From Chiloscyllium plagiosum (taxonomy: Eukaryota), in NCBI RefSeq assembly GCF_004010195.1, contig NW_025214396.1, positions 1-42,916 of the forward strand: a stretch of DNA of 42,916 bases. Reading direction: 5' to 3'. The notes beneath the pieces were generated by a model. It saw only the letters and a list, made by a program, of their open reading frames with translations. It searched no databases and was not told the origin of the DNA. A program made the position numbers and the translations under genes. Below, piece after piece: positions 1 to 12,454 of the stretch; within the stretch, counting starts at the first letter, position 1; each line of letters starts with the position of its first letter.

Positions 1-959
1 GTGCAGTATTGCTCCAACCTGTGCAGCCTAGCCAGGTACAGGATACGGTTGCACTGTATATCTGTGATGCATCCATCATTATTTTTAGAGAGAGAGTCAA
101 TCGTGTTAACTACAGTGAGAGAAATTAAAATGGCACAGACATGTATGAAGCAGGAAACACTGGCATCAACTTGCTGGGCTACCAGGACCATTTCTGTCCT
201 TGAAATGTATGTGTTTGTATGTAGTTTCCAACATGCGCATGAATTAAGGATTTTTCTGATCGACACCATTACTAGATGCCTGGGATCACTATGGATTTTC
301 CCAACATAATGTGAACGTTCATGTCAGGAGCATGGCTGACCAAATTTACATACGGAGTGGGTTAGCTGGATGCATGCTGAGAGCAACGCAGAGGTAAATA
401 GGTGTTTCATTCAAATCATTACTAGAACTCATTACTCCAAGCACTTCCATATTCTAAACATTGCGTTGAGAAGCAGCAATTGAGTTAGAGATGGGGCACT
501 ACCAAACTGTTTGAACATGAGTATTTCCACCATGGTAGTGGTTACACAATTGCACAAGTACTGCACAAAGTCTGAAGGCCTTTAAAAATCACAGGTGAGA
601 ACCAGATGTGGAAAACCAGTCCCCATCTCTGATGGCTCTACTTTTTGCCATCAATGGAAAGGGGCAGGCAACCAAAACTCAACAGGACCATTTGAAATAA
701 GTATTGAGTTCAAATAGACCCCATTTTGGCTATTCTAAAGGCCTAAAAGTACTGTGTAAAAAGTCACTAATTGATAGAAGATATAAAGTGCTCTTGAGGG
801 GTGGATAAGCTCGGTGAAAGTTCTGGGGGAGGCAATTATTGGTATTATTATCAGACTATTAAATCAGAAACTCAGCTAACGTTCCCCAATCACCAGCTCA
901 CTCACATGTTTCCATACTGAGGCTCCTGAGACAACTAAGTGTCCCCTTAAAAACACTTT

Positions 960-1302
960 GGGTGGCACGGTAGTTCAGTGCCTACCTGCAGGTCCCTACC
1001 TGCAGCAGGGACCCAGGTTCGATTCCAGCCTCAGGTGACTGCCTGTGTGGAGTTTGCACATTCTCCCTGTGCCTGTGTGGGGTTCCTCCCACAATCCAAA
1101 GATGTGCAGGTTAGGTGAATTGGCCATGCTAAACTGCCCATATGGATTGTGGATTCAAGGGTGTGTAGGCTAGGTGCATTAGTCAGGGGTACATGTAGAG
1201 TAATAGGCTTTGGGGAATGGGTCTGGGTGGGTTACTCATTGGAGAGTCAATGTAGACTTGTTGGGCCGAAGGGCCTGTTTTCCACATAGTAGGGATTCTA
1301 TG
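960..1302 (+). mobile_element. HE1-type tRNA-derived V-SINE
   Basis: GGTGGCACGG head, B-box GGTTCGATTCC, V-domain GGAGTTTGCACATTCTCCC...CCAAAGATGTGCAGGTTAGG, CR1-like tail GGGCCTGTTTTCCACA...GGATTCTATGA. Confidence 0.9.
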
Positions 1303-1779
1303 AACCAGGCTAGAAATTTTAATGAAAGGCACAGAAGATGAGGATTAGGAAATCTATAGCTAGGGGACAATCAATCAACAATGAAAAGGAATACTTGTAG
1401 CCAAAATCACAGCAACCAAGAAAATAAAGGGTAGAAACAGATCAGGGGTAGTGAGCTGAAATTGTAATGCATTTATTCCATTGGACAAAACACAATTGGA
1501 ACATACAGCAGTTTCTTGGGAGATGAGGGACAAGAAATTTTTAAGATCACCCAGGAGAGAGACACTGACACTGACAAAAAAAAACCGTGCAGAATATCCT
1601 CAACCTCAGAATATGGATAGAATCAGATCAGACAGATAGGTCAAAGCACCACAGAGAGCAGTTCTCTCTGAAGTCTGAGGCTTTGGGGAAAGATGTTGAC
1701 AATAGGGAGAAAGACTTGACTGGTGTTGTAGAATGAGAAATCAGCCAAATGAAGAATGACGATGTAGATCAATAATGCC

Positions 1780-2060
1780 AATGTCACATGTGACGATTGC
1801 TTTTTTATATAGAGACGGCCAGAGGGAGACAGAAACTTCACCTGGATCTTGAGACAACGTGCCCTTATGCAAAGCTTCTTGATGAAAGTAGCTTGATTTG
1901 AGAGACCGAATCGAGTTAGATCCCGTACATACGACAAAACAGATTGGCCTTGGTGACTCTAAACTCTCCTGCTAACTTAAGCATTGGTTACAGGGGCCAA
2001 ATTCCATCAGTGATGCAGTATAAGGAACAAGAATTACTATGATGTTTTGTTAGTTTTATG
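1780..2060 (+). mobile_element. Possible highly decayed Gypsy-like protease remnant
   Basis: Interrupted frame reads KLHLDLETTC...SIGYRGQIPSVMQYKEQEL, loosely like the Gypsy protease region; stop codons present, weak similarity. Confidence 0.2.
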
Positions 2061-2189
2061 ATTGATCCTCCCTCCATTGCCGCTACCTGGAGATGATGGG
2101 GCAACACGAACGTCATTGAGTAATTCAATGCTTTATGGAAAGGGCATTAAAACCCACCCTGACTGCTGGTGTAATTTACAGGCAATTAA

Positions 2190-2428
2190 TTACATTGGGA
2201 ATAAAAAGCTAGCCTTAGAAATGATGAGCATGTAACTATCACTGCTTGTTGTAAATGCCCACCTGGTTCACTAATACCCATTTAGGAAAGGAAATCTACC
2301 AGCCTTATCTGATCTGGCCTACATGTGTCTCCAAACCTACTGCAATGCAATGAATACTTGACTGCCCTCTGAAATGGTTCAACAAGGCTTCAGTTCAAGA
2401 GCAATTCAGGGTGTATAGCCAGTCTTGT
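2190..2428 (+). mobile_element. Old shark SINE fragment (non-HE1 family)
   Basis: CTGGTTCACTAAT...GGAAAGGAAATCT...CTGGCCTACATGTG.CTCCA core; antisense copy at ~29625-29950. Confidence 0.65.
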
Positions 2429-3120
2429 CATAGAGCCATAAAATCGTACAGCGTGGAAAAAGAGCTTTGGGCCCAACAGGTCCATGCCAACCAGATTTCC
2501 TAAACTGAATTAGTCCCATTTGCCTTTGGCTAATATTGGTTTGAACCTTTCCAATTGATGTACCTATCCAAATGTCTTTTAAATGCTGTAATTGTATTCA
2601 CTTCTACCACTTCCTCTGACAGTTCATTTCATATACACATCATACTTTTTGTGAATAAGTTGCCCCTCAGGTTCCCTTTAAATCATTCCCCTCTCACCTT
2701 AAACCTATGCCCTCTAGCTTTGGACTCCCCTACGGTAAGGAAAAGACCCTGGGTATTCACCTTATCTATGCCCCACAATATTTTATAAACCTCTATAAGG
2801 TCACCCATCAACCTTCTACGTTCCAGGGAAAAAAGCCTACCCAGTCTATCCATCCTCTCCTTATAACTCAAACCGTCCGATCTTGGTAACATTGTTGTCA
2901 AACTTTTCTACATCCTATTAATTTTCATAACATCCTTCCTATAGCAGGGCAACCAGAATTGTGCACAGTATTCCAAATGTGGCCTTCCCAATATCTTGTA
3001 CAGCCATAACATAATGCCCCAACTCCCATACTCAATGCTCTGACTGATGAAGGCAAACATGCTAAACACCTTCTTCTTGCTTACCTGTGATGCCAGTTTT
3101 AAGGAACCATTGCACCACTA
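2427..3120 (-). mobile_element. CR1/HER1 LINE, ORF2 C-terminus and 3' UTR
   Basis: ORF 2683-2901: GLSYKERMDRLGRLFSLERRRLMGDLIEVYKIL...ARGHRFKVRGE. Confidence 0.9.
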
Positions 3121-3766
3121 TGACTCTGTGGCCAAAAACATTCAAAACACTTGAAATAATAAAGGAAAAAACAAACACAACTCCCATGTGTATGTCTAAA
3201 TTGAGCATAACATACACAGAGAGCATCCGAGGCATGAATCAAACTCATGCACCAATATTTTATGATGATGGTGATGGTTAAAGGGGAACTTAGCTACAAG
3301 TGTAGGATACTTATGCAGGGCATGAAGCTAATGCAGTCCACAATATGCTCAACTCTAGGGTAGCCACTGGGGCCTACATTCATTGTGTTATTGCTGTGTT
3401 GGTGCCATCAGAGTTTGACACTCTGTTTTTTTTCTGGCTCTCTAATCCAATCAGTCCTCCATCTTGAAAAAGGTGGACAACGAATCTATGGGAGGGCTTT
3501 CCAAATTATCTCATCCATCCTACATTCCATCCTGAAACGCAGACACAGTCACAAAGCAATAGAGCCACACAAGCTTAATTCTGGTGCTCCACCCCAACCC
3601 CACACCAATCCCTGGACCAGATTGTTGATACTGCTACTGAGATATTATAATCTGCAGGTAGACTCTTGAAACCCAAACTCCTCAATGTTTCTCACTCTGG
3701 CCAGCTCCACTGCCCTAGGTTTGCAGTAGCTACTCATTTTGTAAATTATAATCATTGGGAATATAT

Positions 3767-3786
3767 GAGAGAGAGAGAGAGAGAGA
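3767..3786. repeat. (GA)n microsatellite
   Basis: GAGAGA run. Confidence 0.9.
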
Positions 3787-4074
3787 AGCGCAGCAGGTCA
3801 GGGTCAGGCAATGCAGTTTTTAAAATAGGCACTAGATAATTACAACATGATAACATTTCATTTCATTAACAACCCCTCAGATACTGAAACAATCCCATGT
3901 TCAAATGCAACAAGACCTGGACAATACCCAAGTTGGGGTCGACAATTGGTAAATGACATTCATTTTACACAAGGGCCAGGCAATGACCATTTTCAACAAA
4001 AGAAAATACCACTTGACATTCAACTTTATGAAGAATTGTTTTGAATTATATACTACATTGTCTTGTGTTTTTTT

Positions 4075-4340
4075 TTATTTTATTTTATTTATTATTACAT
4101 GCATTTGGTTACAAAATAAAACAATAAAGTGTTGTATAGTGTCACAACTCTCGGGCGCCATCTTAAAACACAGAAAAATACACCAAGACATAGGATTATA
4201 AAGGCAGAGAAATGAAGAAATAAAGAAAAAAAATGTTCAACTTGACAGTTGTTCTTGGTAAGTGCTCTGTCATGGGCTATAAGCCATGGGCCTGGTGGCC
4301 ATGCACGAGTCTCCTTCACCACACGCCACCACCACTGGAA
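4075..4340 (-). mobile_element. Unclassified non-autonomous retroposon, 3' part
   Basis: Homologous to 27638-27850 and 40775-40920; TTTATT-rich tail on + strand. Confidence 0.6.
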
Positions 4341-4689
4341 CATGGGTCACCACTAGGTATATAGTTTCTTTGATCTGTTAGGCATACTCTCCCATGGTAG
4401 CAATACCAAATGCAGGCCTGAAATTGTGAGTAATCATTGGTGAACATCCCCACTTCTGACTCTATGATGGAGGGAAGTCCGTTGATGAAGCAGCTGAAGC
4501 TGGTTTGTCCCAGAACATAAACCGAAGGAACTAGGGTTCTTATGGCACAGTGTCTCTACTTCTAAGCTAGGAGACCTGGTTTTAAGTCCCAGGTTCTTAA
4601 AGGGCCATATAGTAGGATTTTACCCTGGATGGAGATTTTACTGTAATGCAGTCTCAGTAAAAGAGGGAAGTGATGGAAGACTTTTATGA

Positions 4690-4925
4690 AAATGAATGTC
4701 TTCATTCAGAGCTTTGCGGATCTTTGGAATTCTCTACCCGGACAGGCAGTAGAAGTTCAGTCATCCATTACATTAGAGCCAAAGGTAGATAGATTTCTAG
4801 ATACCAGTGGCATTTCAGGATGTGGGGACAGTATGAGAGAATGGCATTGAGGAAGGTGATTCACCATTGTCTAAAACGGTGAAGCAGGCTTGAAGGGCTG
4901 GATGGTCTACTCCTGCTCCTAGCTA
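4690..4925 (+). mobile_element. CR1 LINE 3' end
   Basis: CTTTGGAATTCTCTACC (LWNSLP) and tail GGCTTGAAGGGCTGGATGGTCTACTCCTGCTCCT. Confidence 0.75.
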
Positions 4926-5574
4926 ACTCTGTTGCCTGTTGTTCCTGGTGCTACTCTCTTCAGCCTTGACAATGTCCTGAAGTGTGATGTGCGGATTTGA
5001 AAGGCTTAAAGTCAAATACACTAGTTTTGGCTGCTGAGGGTCTTCAGTTGTAACTGCTCCCCACCCCCACCCCCACCCCCACCCTTCAGCCCCACTTCCC
5101 CTCCCCCCTCCCAGGGAGAAAGTTCAAGTTAATGCTTCAGCTAACCAATCAGCTTCTCAATCAATCGGCAGGTATCTCTGAAGTGCTGACCTGACTCATC
5201 ATTTGCCATTTAGCCAACCCCCAACCTCTTCATCTCTGAGGGGCGGGGGGATTTGGAAATTCCACCCAAAGCATTCTTTTCAGATGTTTTCCAGATGATC
5301 ATCAAAATCTCCTCACTCCTCCAGTTTACTTTCCTGTTAGTAATTCACAATGGTCCCATTGACCTTTTAACAAACTTCTCAACTTGTCTGGCTAGCTTTA
5401 AAAAAATTGAAATAAACACCTCCAAATCTCTCTGTTCCTGCACGCCTTTAAAATTGGGCATCTAAAACCAAAACAAAATATATCTCCTTGCCTCTGTCAG
5501 AGGTGTAGCTTGTTTGATTTTGAGTTAAATCTTCCGAATCATCTGTGTAATTGACACTTGAAGGCCCACATCTA

Positions 5575-5672
5575 CTCAGATGAAGGGCTTTTGCCCAAAA
5601 CATTAATTTTTCTGCTCCGCAGATGCTGCCTGACCTGCTGTATTTTTCCAGCACCACTCTAATCTTGACTCT
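5575..5672 (+). mobile_element. Penelope-derived mini-insert with decayed hammerhead
   Basis: CAGATGA-A-GGGC-TTTT-GCCC-AAAAC then GATGCTGCCTGACCTGCTG tail shared with 21630-21720, 26475-26565, 26740-26832, 36790-36880. Confidence 0.8.
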
Positions 5673-6524
5673 ACTGTTAAAGCTGTCTGCCAGCTGTGAG
5701 TGAACAGGGAACAGACCGAACATCATGTGATGGATGCCACTCGACACGTGCAGAGCGCCAGCCTTCTAGGGACGAAGGCCAATCAACTTTGCCCCATGAA
5801 ATTTCCTCTTAATAGGGATGAGCAGACGACCTCTCTTCAAATCTGTGTCAAATCCAACCCTTCAAAATCGAAATTCCCTTAACCAACCCAGTGTGAAATT
5901 AAAAAAAAAATGCAGCTCAACACCAGCTTTTCATTTTGCTGCTGGAATTATATAAAACACCAGTTTATCACGAAGCCAACCGAAGAGATTTTCACTGCCC
6001 CTTGGCTTTTAGTTCAAACCCAAGTTCAGATAAAACTGAATTGCAACAGCTTTGCTCTTAGCCCTCAGGGTTGAGCTGAGCGGTAATAAAAATCCTCGCT
6101 ACATATTAATGGGATGGGTTAGAGCCAGTTGATTAATTTAACCTCACAGCAGCAGCTTATACACATTCAACACTGCCCCAGTCTGCACTGGACTGAGAAC
6201 AACTCCTTACGCTGCTCTGAACTATCAGCAAATCACAAGTCATTTTGTCCGTTTTGTGTTCAGAGATACTGAAGAATTTGAGAAGAGGCAATCTTGAAGC
6301 TAGCGGCAAACAGATCTTAGAAGGGTGTTTAACATAAATAAGATTTTCAGTTGATCTAATTCATTAATTTAATTCTTAAATTAACTCGCGATTTCCTTAT
6401 CGACTCTCTGCTCCACATAATTTATTCTGAAAAACTAAATGAAGAAGCAAAAAGAAAGTGTCATTAACTGTGCGCTGGCACCTGCAGATACTTACAATTA
6501 ATGTGTGCTAGCCTTCCTGCCTTC

Positions 6525-6793
6525 TGAGATAGCAGGCCCTCTCCAAATCTGGCCCTTTCCACATCTTTGATTTCCAAGCCATTGCTATTGGTAGGCACGC
6601 CATGAACTGCCTAGGTCCCAGGATCTGCAACTCTGTCTCGAAATCTTTCAATCTCTTTACCTCTCTCTTTCTCTAAGATCTTCCCTGAAACTGACCTGTC
6701 CTAATTTCTTCTTTTGTGACTAAGTGCCAAATCTTGTGCTTTAATATTGTCCTTGAAGTCAATCTGGGACATTTGACTACATTAAATGTGCTC
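6525..6793 (+). mobile_element. L2-like LINE 3' end
   Basis: Decayed 3' sequence ending TGAAG...TGGGACATTTGACTACATTAAATGTGCT, typical of an L2 tail. Confidence 0.6.
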
Positions 6794-6874
6794 TGGCCTG
6801 AACATTTGGGAATGCTGGCTTCCAAGTGAAGGGATAGTGAAAAAAAATAATCATATGGACAATAAGAAATTAAT

Positions 6875-7366
6875 TGATTGATTCATTCATTAGCAGTCCC
6901 TTGCAGACAATGATGATTCTCTTCCAAAGTACCGCAGGCTCTGGGGCAGAAGGTCATCATGGGAAGGGGCGGGTGAGGACGTTGATGTGGCAGCACACTC
7001 CTTACAGTTTTTGCCTGGCTTCCGCTATTTCCTGAAGGCAAGTTATGAGTGCCCAATGCCTTCCTGGATGTTCCCCCTCCACTTTGGATTGTCTGGGGCC
7101 AGTGATTCCCAGGTGTCTGTGGGAATGCCGCACTTCACCAGTGAGGCCTTGAAGGTATCCCTGAAACACTTCCTCTGTTCACCTGCAGCCGGTCTGCCAT
7201 TTCGAGGTGTGAGTAAAGCATCAGCTTGGAGAGTCTCATGTCAGTTATGTAGAAGACATGTTCGAAATGGTGTAGCTGACTAAGGGTGGTCAGAGCCTCG
7301 ATGTTGGAGATGTTAGCCTGGTCAAGGACGCTATTGTTGGTGCGTCTTTCTTCCCAGAGGATTTGC
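6875..7366 (-). mobile_element. RTE-clade LINE C-terminal fragment
   Basis: Minus strand reads QILWEERRTNNSVLDQANISNIEAL...GEQRKCFRDTFKASLVKCGIPTDTWESLAPD.PKWR; short-repeat tail (TGAA/TCAA)n. Confidence 0.85.
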
Positions 7367-7544
7367 TATTTAATGAAATCATTTTTTTTGTTCCAAAAGG
7401 ATGTGGGTGTCACGAGCATATGCCAGAATTTATTGCATATCAAGAATAATTAGTAACCTAGTTGCGTGAGACCCTTGGAGATGAGTGGCCATAATATAAC
7501 AGAATTCTTCATCAAGATGGAGAGTGAAGTAATTGACTCTGACC

Positions 7545-8420
7545 CCAGGGTCCCCAATTTTAATAAGGAAAATTACAAAGGTATGAAGTGTGAGTTGGCC
7601 ATGATGGATTGGGAAGTTTTACTGAAATGAATCTCTAGTGATGGCAAAGATGAACTACAAAAATTGCTTAGTCCTATCTGGTGCAAATTGCAAAGAGAAC
7701 TGTCACCAAACTGTGGCTTATCAGAGAAAATAAGAGATAATATTAGATGCAAAGTGAGACAAATAAATTTGCAAGAAAAAACAGTGGATCTGAAGATTGG
7801 AAAGTTTAGAATTCAGCAAAGGAGGACAGGGGATTGACTGAGAAGGCAAAAACACAGTACAGGAGTATAAGATTAAGCTTGCAGGGAACATTAGAGCTGA
7901 CTCTATAAGCTTTTATAGGTATGGAAAGAAAAAGAATTGATGAAAGCTAACATGGGTCCCTCACTGTCAGAATGGTGAAATTTATCATGGGGAACAGAAA
8001 TGGCTGACAAACTAAATTTGCTTCTGTCAAAGGAGGACATGAATAACATACCAGAAATGATGGAGAACACAGGGTTTCCATGAGAGGGAAGAACTGAAGC
8101 AAATCTGTATTCGTTGAGAAATGACGCTGGAGAAATTTATGGATTGAAGACTGATAACTCCCCAGACCCTGATAATCTACATCCCAGAGTACTTAGAAAA
8201 TGGCCCTGGAAATAGTGGATACATTGGTGGTCCTCTTCCAAGTTTCTTTAAACTCTGAAACAGTTCCTACAGATTGGAGGGTAGTTAATTTAAAAGGGTA
8301 AATCTTTTAAGATTGAAATGAGGAGGAATGTCTCTATCTGGAGAGTAGTGAGCCGGTAGAATTCACTACCACAGAAAGGGGTTGAGGCCAAAACATAATG
8401 TGTTTTCAAGAGAAAAGGCT
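7545..8420 (+). mobile_element. CR1 LINE ORF2 internal fragments
   Basis: NFNKENYKGM, SPDPDNLHPRVL and VPTDWRVVN-like motifs, followed by a 3' segment. Confidence 0.8.
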
Positions 8421-8421
8421 G

Positions 8422-8571
8422 TTTAACTTGAGGGTCATCACACCTCAGGGGAGGGGAATGTTTGAGGAGAGTCTTTTATGGTAACCATATCATAACCATG
8501 ATATGGGAACTTAATGCACACTGTTTGATATTACACTGCATTGCAAATCAGCTGTCCAGCCACTGAGCTAG
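8422..8571 (-). mobile_element. tRNA-headed short SINE
   Basis: Minus strand starts TAGCTCAGTGGCTGGACAGCTG (A-box-like); decayed. Confidence 0.5.
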
Positions 8572-8604
8572 TATAAAACTCAAACGCAATACATTGCAAG
8601 ATAC

Positions 8605-9219
8605 GTTTGTAATCTATATCAATGATTTGGATGAGAATATACAAGGCACGATTCGTAAGTTTGCAGATGATACTAAAATAAGCAGTATCGTGGACGGTGA
8701 GGCTGGTTGTCAGAAGTTGCAGTGGGACCTTGATCAGCTGGGGAAGTGGGCCGAGAAATGGCAAATGGAGTTTAATATAGGTAAATGTGATGTTTGCATT
8801 TTGGAAAGTCAAATCAAGATAGAAGTTTCATGGTGAATGGAAGGGCCTTAAGGATTGTAGTTGATCACAGGGACCTTGCAGTTCAGGTGCATGGTTCTCT
8901 AAAAGCGGAGTCACAGGTAGACAAGGCAGTGAAGAAGGCTTTTAGCACACTGGCTTTCGTCAGTATCATTAAATATCGAAGTTGGGAAGTTATGTTGCAA
9001 CTGTACAGGACATCGGTGAGGCTGCACTTGGAGTATTGTATTCAGCTTTCATCACCTTGCTACAGAAAGGATGTTATTAAACTGGAAAGAAGAAATTTAC
9101 AAGGATGTTGCCTGGACTCAATGGTCTGAGTTATAGGGAGAAGTTAGGCAAGTTAGGATTTTTTTCTTTAGAGCATAGGAAACTGAGGGAGGATCTTATA
9201 GAAATGTGCAAGATCATAA
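8605..9219 (+). mobile_element. CR1 LINE RT domain (continues at 10129)
   Basis: FVIYINDLDE...KFADDTKI...LQWDLDQL.KWAEKWQMEFN..KC; HLEYC.Q. Confidence 0.95.
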
Positions 9220-9223
9220 CAGA

Positions 9224-10128
9224 CATGAGTTGGAGGTGCCAGTGTTGGACTGAGGTGGGCAAAGTTAAAGATCACACGGCACCAGGTTATAGTCCAACAG
9301 GTTTATTTGGAAGCACTAGCTTTTGAAGTGCTGCTTCTTCCACAGGTGGTTGTGGAGAATAAGGTCATAAGACACAGAATTTATAGCCAAATGAGCACAG
9401 TGTCATGGAGATGTGATGATACATTAAACAATTTTCGATCAAGTCTTTCATCTTTTAGAGTGGGATGTGTTAGTTTCTGTTCCTTGATATGTAAATCCTT
9501 TTTTAACATTACATTCTCAAGAAAGGTCCAGCTTTTCTAACAACAGATGCCATCACAGCTCAGAAAATGCATTAAAGTGTGAGGTCTATCTTTGTCCCAA
9601 TGTAGCGTGAGACTGGTTCTATTTCTAAGATGAGATTTACAGAGTTTCACATGGATTTGTGCAGTTTTTGAGCAAAATAAATGTAACTTATATGTACATG
9701 TGTGTAGGAGAGACAAGAGTGAATGTGAGCATGTGAGTGTGCATGTGTGAGTGCACGTGACAGTGTGTGTGTGTGTGTGTGCAGGCTTGATAAAGTGTGT
9801 GTAAGTGTGGTGGGGTATACACTTGTGAGAGGGTATGTGCATGGGTGTGAGTGCGTATCAGAGAGAGCTTGTGTATAAGAGAGAGTCTGCATGGGTGTGT
9901 GAGTATGTAGGAGTGTGTGCGTGCATGACAAAGTGCATAGTGCAGTGGGATCACCTGTAGTGTGACATGAACTCAAGATCCCAGTTACGGCCATCCCCAA
10001 AAGTACCGAACTTGGCTATCAGCTCCTGCTTGGCCATTCCAAGTTGTTGCTTGTCCCAAAGTCTGCCTTGGAGGATGGTCACCTGAAAATCCAAGGCCAA
10101 ATGGTCCGGACCACTGATGTGTTGCCCT
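9224..10128 (-). mobile_element. Penelope-like element 3' part with (CA)-rich tract and pLTR, nested in CR1
   Basis: GHLALDFQVTILQGRL...QELIAKFGT.GDG.N.DLEFMSHY (GIY-YIG C-terminus); reverse complement of 38560-39320. Confidence 0.85.
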
Positions 10129-10520
10129 GAGCATAGGAGACCTAGGGAGGATTTTATAGAAGTGTATAAGATCATAAGAGATATGGATAGGGTGAATGCA
10201 TGCAATCATTTTCCCAAGGTTGAGGAATCGAGTTCTAGAAGGCATCAGTTTATGGTTAGAGGGGAAAGAACAAAAGGGAACCTGAGGGGTCAACTTTTTT
10301 TTACACAAAGGGTGGTACACATATGATTTGAGCTGCTAGTGGAAATGGTTGAGGCGGGTACATTAACAACATTTAAAAGGCATTTGGACAAATACATAGA
10401 TAGGAAATGATTAGAAGGATAAGGGTGAAGTGCAGGGAAACAGTGGACAGACATTTTGGACAGCATGAAGTAGTTTGGGTCAAAGGGCCTCCCCCCATGC
10501 TGTAGGACTCTATGACTCTT
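10129..10520 (+). mobile_element. CR1 LINE 3' end (continuation)
   Basis: EHRRPREDFIEVYKIIRDMDRV...FFTQRVV; tail GACTCTATGACTCT. Confidence 0.9.
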
Positions 10521-10651
10521 TCATTCTATATGATAAGGAAAGGATGACGTAGCGAGAGAAACAGGTAAGGAAAGCAGCAAGGATTATTCTGCTAAAGCTC
10601 AAACATTATTTCAGCATATTTGAAACTTGCCTCTATAAAATCCTGTCATGT

Positions 10652-11445
10652 AGAATCATATGATCACTGAACTTTACAGTACAGGAGGAGGATACTTAAC
10701 CCATCATGTCCATACTGGCTCCAGAAAGTGTTACCCCACGAGTCCCACTCTCTAGCCCTATCTCCATAGCACTTTAAATTCACCAGTTTCAAACGTATTC
10801 AATTCTTTCTTTGAAATCTCCTATTGGAATCCGCCTCCACCACTCTCACAGCAGCGCATTCCAAGTGCTAACAACTCTCTGAGTGAAGACCTTTCCCTTC
10901 ATCTCACTCCTAGCTCTCTTGATGACCGTCTTGAAGTTGTGACCCCCTAGTTACTGGCATAACAGCTAGTGGAAACAGAACATCCTCTTTACCCTGTCCA
11001 AATTGTTCATAAATTTGAATATCTCAATAAGGTCACCTCTTAATCTTCTCTGCTCCAAGTAGAACATGTATAATCTCTCCAATCTTTCCTTGTATCTAAA
11101 ATCCTTTATTCTTGATATCATTCTGGTAAATCTCCTTTGAACTCTCTCCAGGACTTCAACATCCTTCCTTAAATGAGGTACCCAGAGCTGAACACAATAT
11201 TCCAAATATGGTCTGACCAATGATTTATAAAAGTACACCATGACTTCTTTACTTTTATACCTGTGTTCATAAAACCACGGATCCTAGAAGCCTTCTTAAC
11301 AAATTTTTCAAATTGCTTGGCCATCTTTAGAGAATTATGCACTTGAACTGAGTTCACTCTGCTCCTGTACTGCCCACAAAGGTGTACCACTGAGCCTATA
11401 TTATCTCTCCATGTTTCTCCTATCAAAGTGTGTTACCTCAGTTGT
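10652..11445 (-). mobile_element. CR1 LINE ORF2 C-terminus and 3' UTR
   Basis: YKSLVRPYLEYCVQLWVPHLRKDVEVLERVQRRFTRMI...EQRRLRGDLIEIFK. Confidence 0.92.
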
Positions 11446-11536
11446 TTCAACTTCACTGAGATGGGAAACAAAACTTTTGAAAATTGCTTTAATCTCTTCC
11501 CAAATGTATAGATTAACTCATGCTTTCCTTGACCTT

Positions 11537-12385
11537 GTAATAGCCATGGAGTGGTTTCAATATTATATAGGCTACAACGCACTTGGAAAGGTGCAATGAC
11601 TCTCAAGCCCCAGTATTCTTAGGATTGCCACAAAGTTAATGAATAATAAATGTCTGTAAATTCCCCAGTTTATTTTCTTGATGGAATCAGGTTAACAGAA
11701 GACCAGATTTCTGTACGTAACAAAAAATACTGTCTACAGGCAAATAAACGACAACCTTTCAACATATAATTTTAATAGTTGAACATCTAGCCCCTTTTAA
11801 ATCCCTACATGCGTAATGACAGACAAAGAGAAAACCAATTATATAATGGATGGGAGCAAGAAACTAGGAAAAACACATTTCCACTATGGTAATACTTCAG
11901 CTTCCCAAGACTCTCTGAACTTCAATTTCTCAGGCTTCTTTCACTGAGTCACAAGAGGCACAGGGCAATTGGTACATAAATTACAAAGTCTCTTAGTTCC
12001 TGGTAAAAGGAAACAGCTAACAGAAATTGTTAATGGAAATACTTTTACTACAGAGAGACAGAGACACAGAACCAGCTCACACAGAGAGACGTGAGGTTTC
12101 TCCCCATTCACTGTAAATCAATGAACTGCTCAACTATCCAGGAAACTGTTGTCAAGCTGATAACGTTTGGTACCTGCAACTGGTCACAATTACGCAACTC
12201 AACCAGTTATTTGTTGCTGGCTGGACCTCCCTTTGAACACATACTCTGGTGTTGTACCATCCTATCTCACTTCTCCCACTGCCTACAAAGCAGCAGTTCC
12301 AGTGACGTGTTTTCAAAAGACCAGCAATCCTTTCCACTATCCTTGGACTTAAAACAATCCTTTCCCATTTTGGTCTGAAATGACA
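11537..12385 (-). mobile_element. Possible old solo LTR
   Basis: TGTAAT...ATGACA ends, TTTATT near left end, LTR-like composition; no clean TSD. Confidence 0.25.
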
Positions 12386-12454
12386 AATGAAGGATTTTTT
12401 TTAAAAAAAGATGAGATCTTTGAATTAGAGAGAGAACAGAGAGCTTGTAGGATT

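Noticed and set aside
9537..10000. His/Thr-rich ORFs (also 38546-38887)
   Set aside because: Translations of (CA)-rich tracts in a Penelope 3' region
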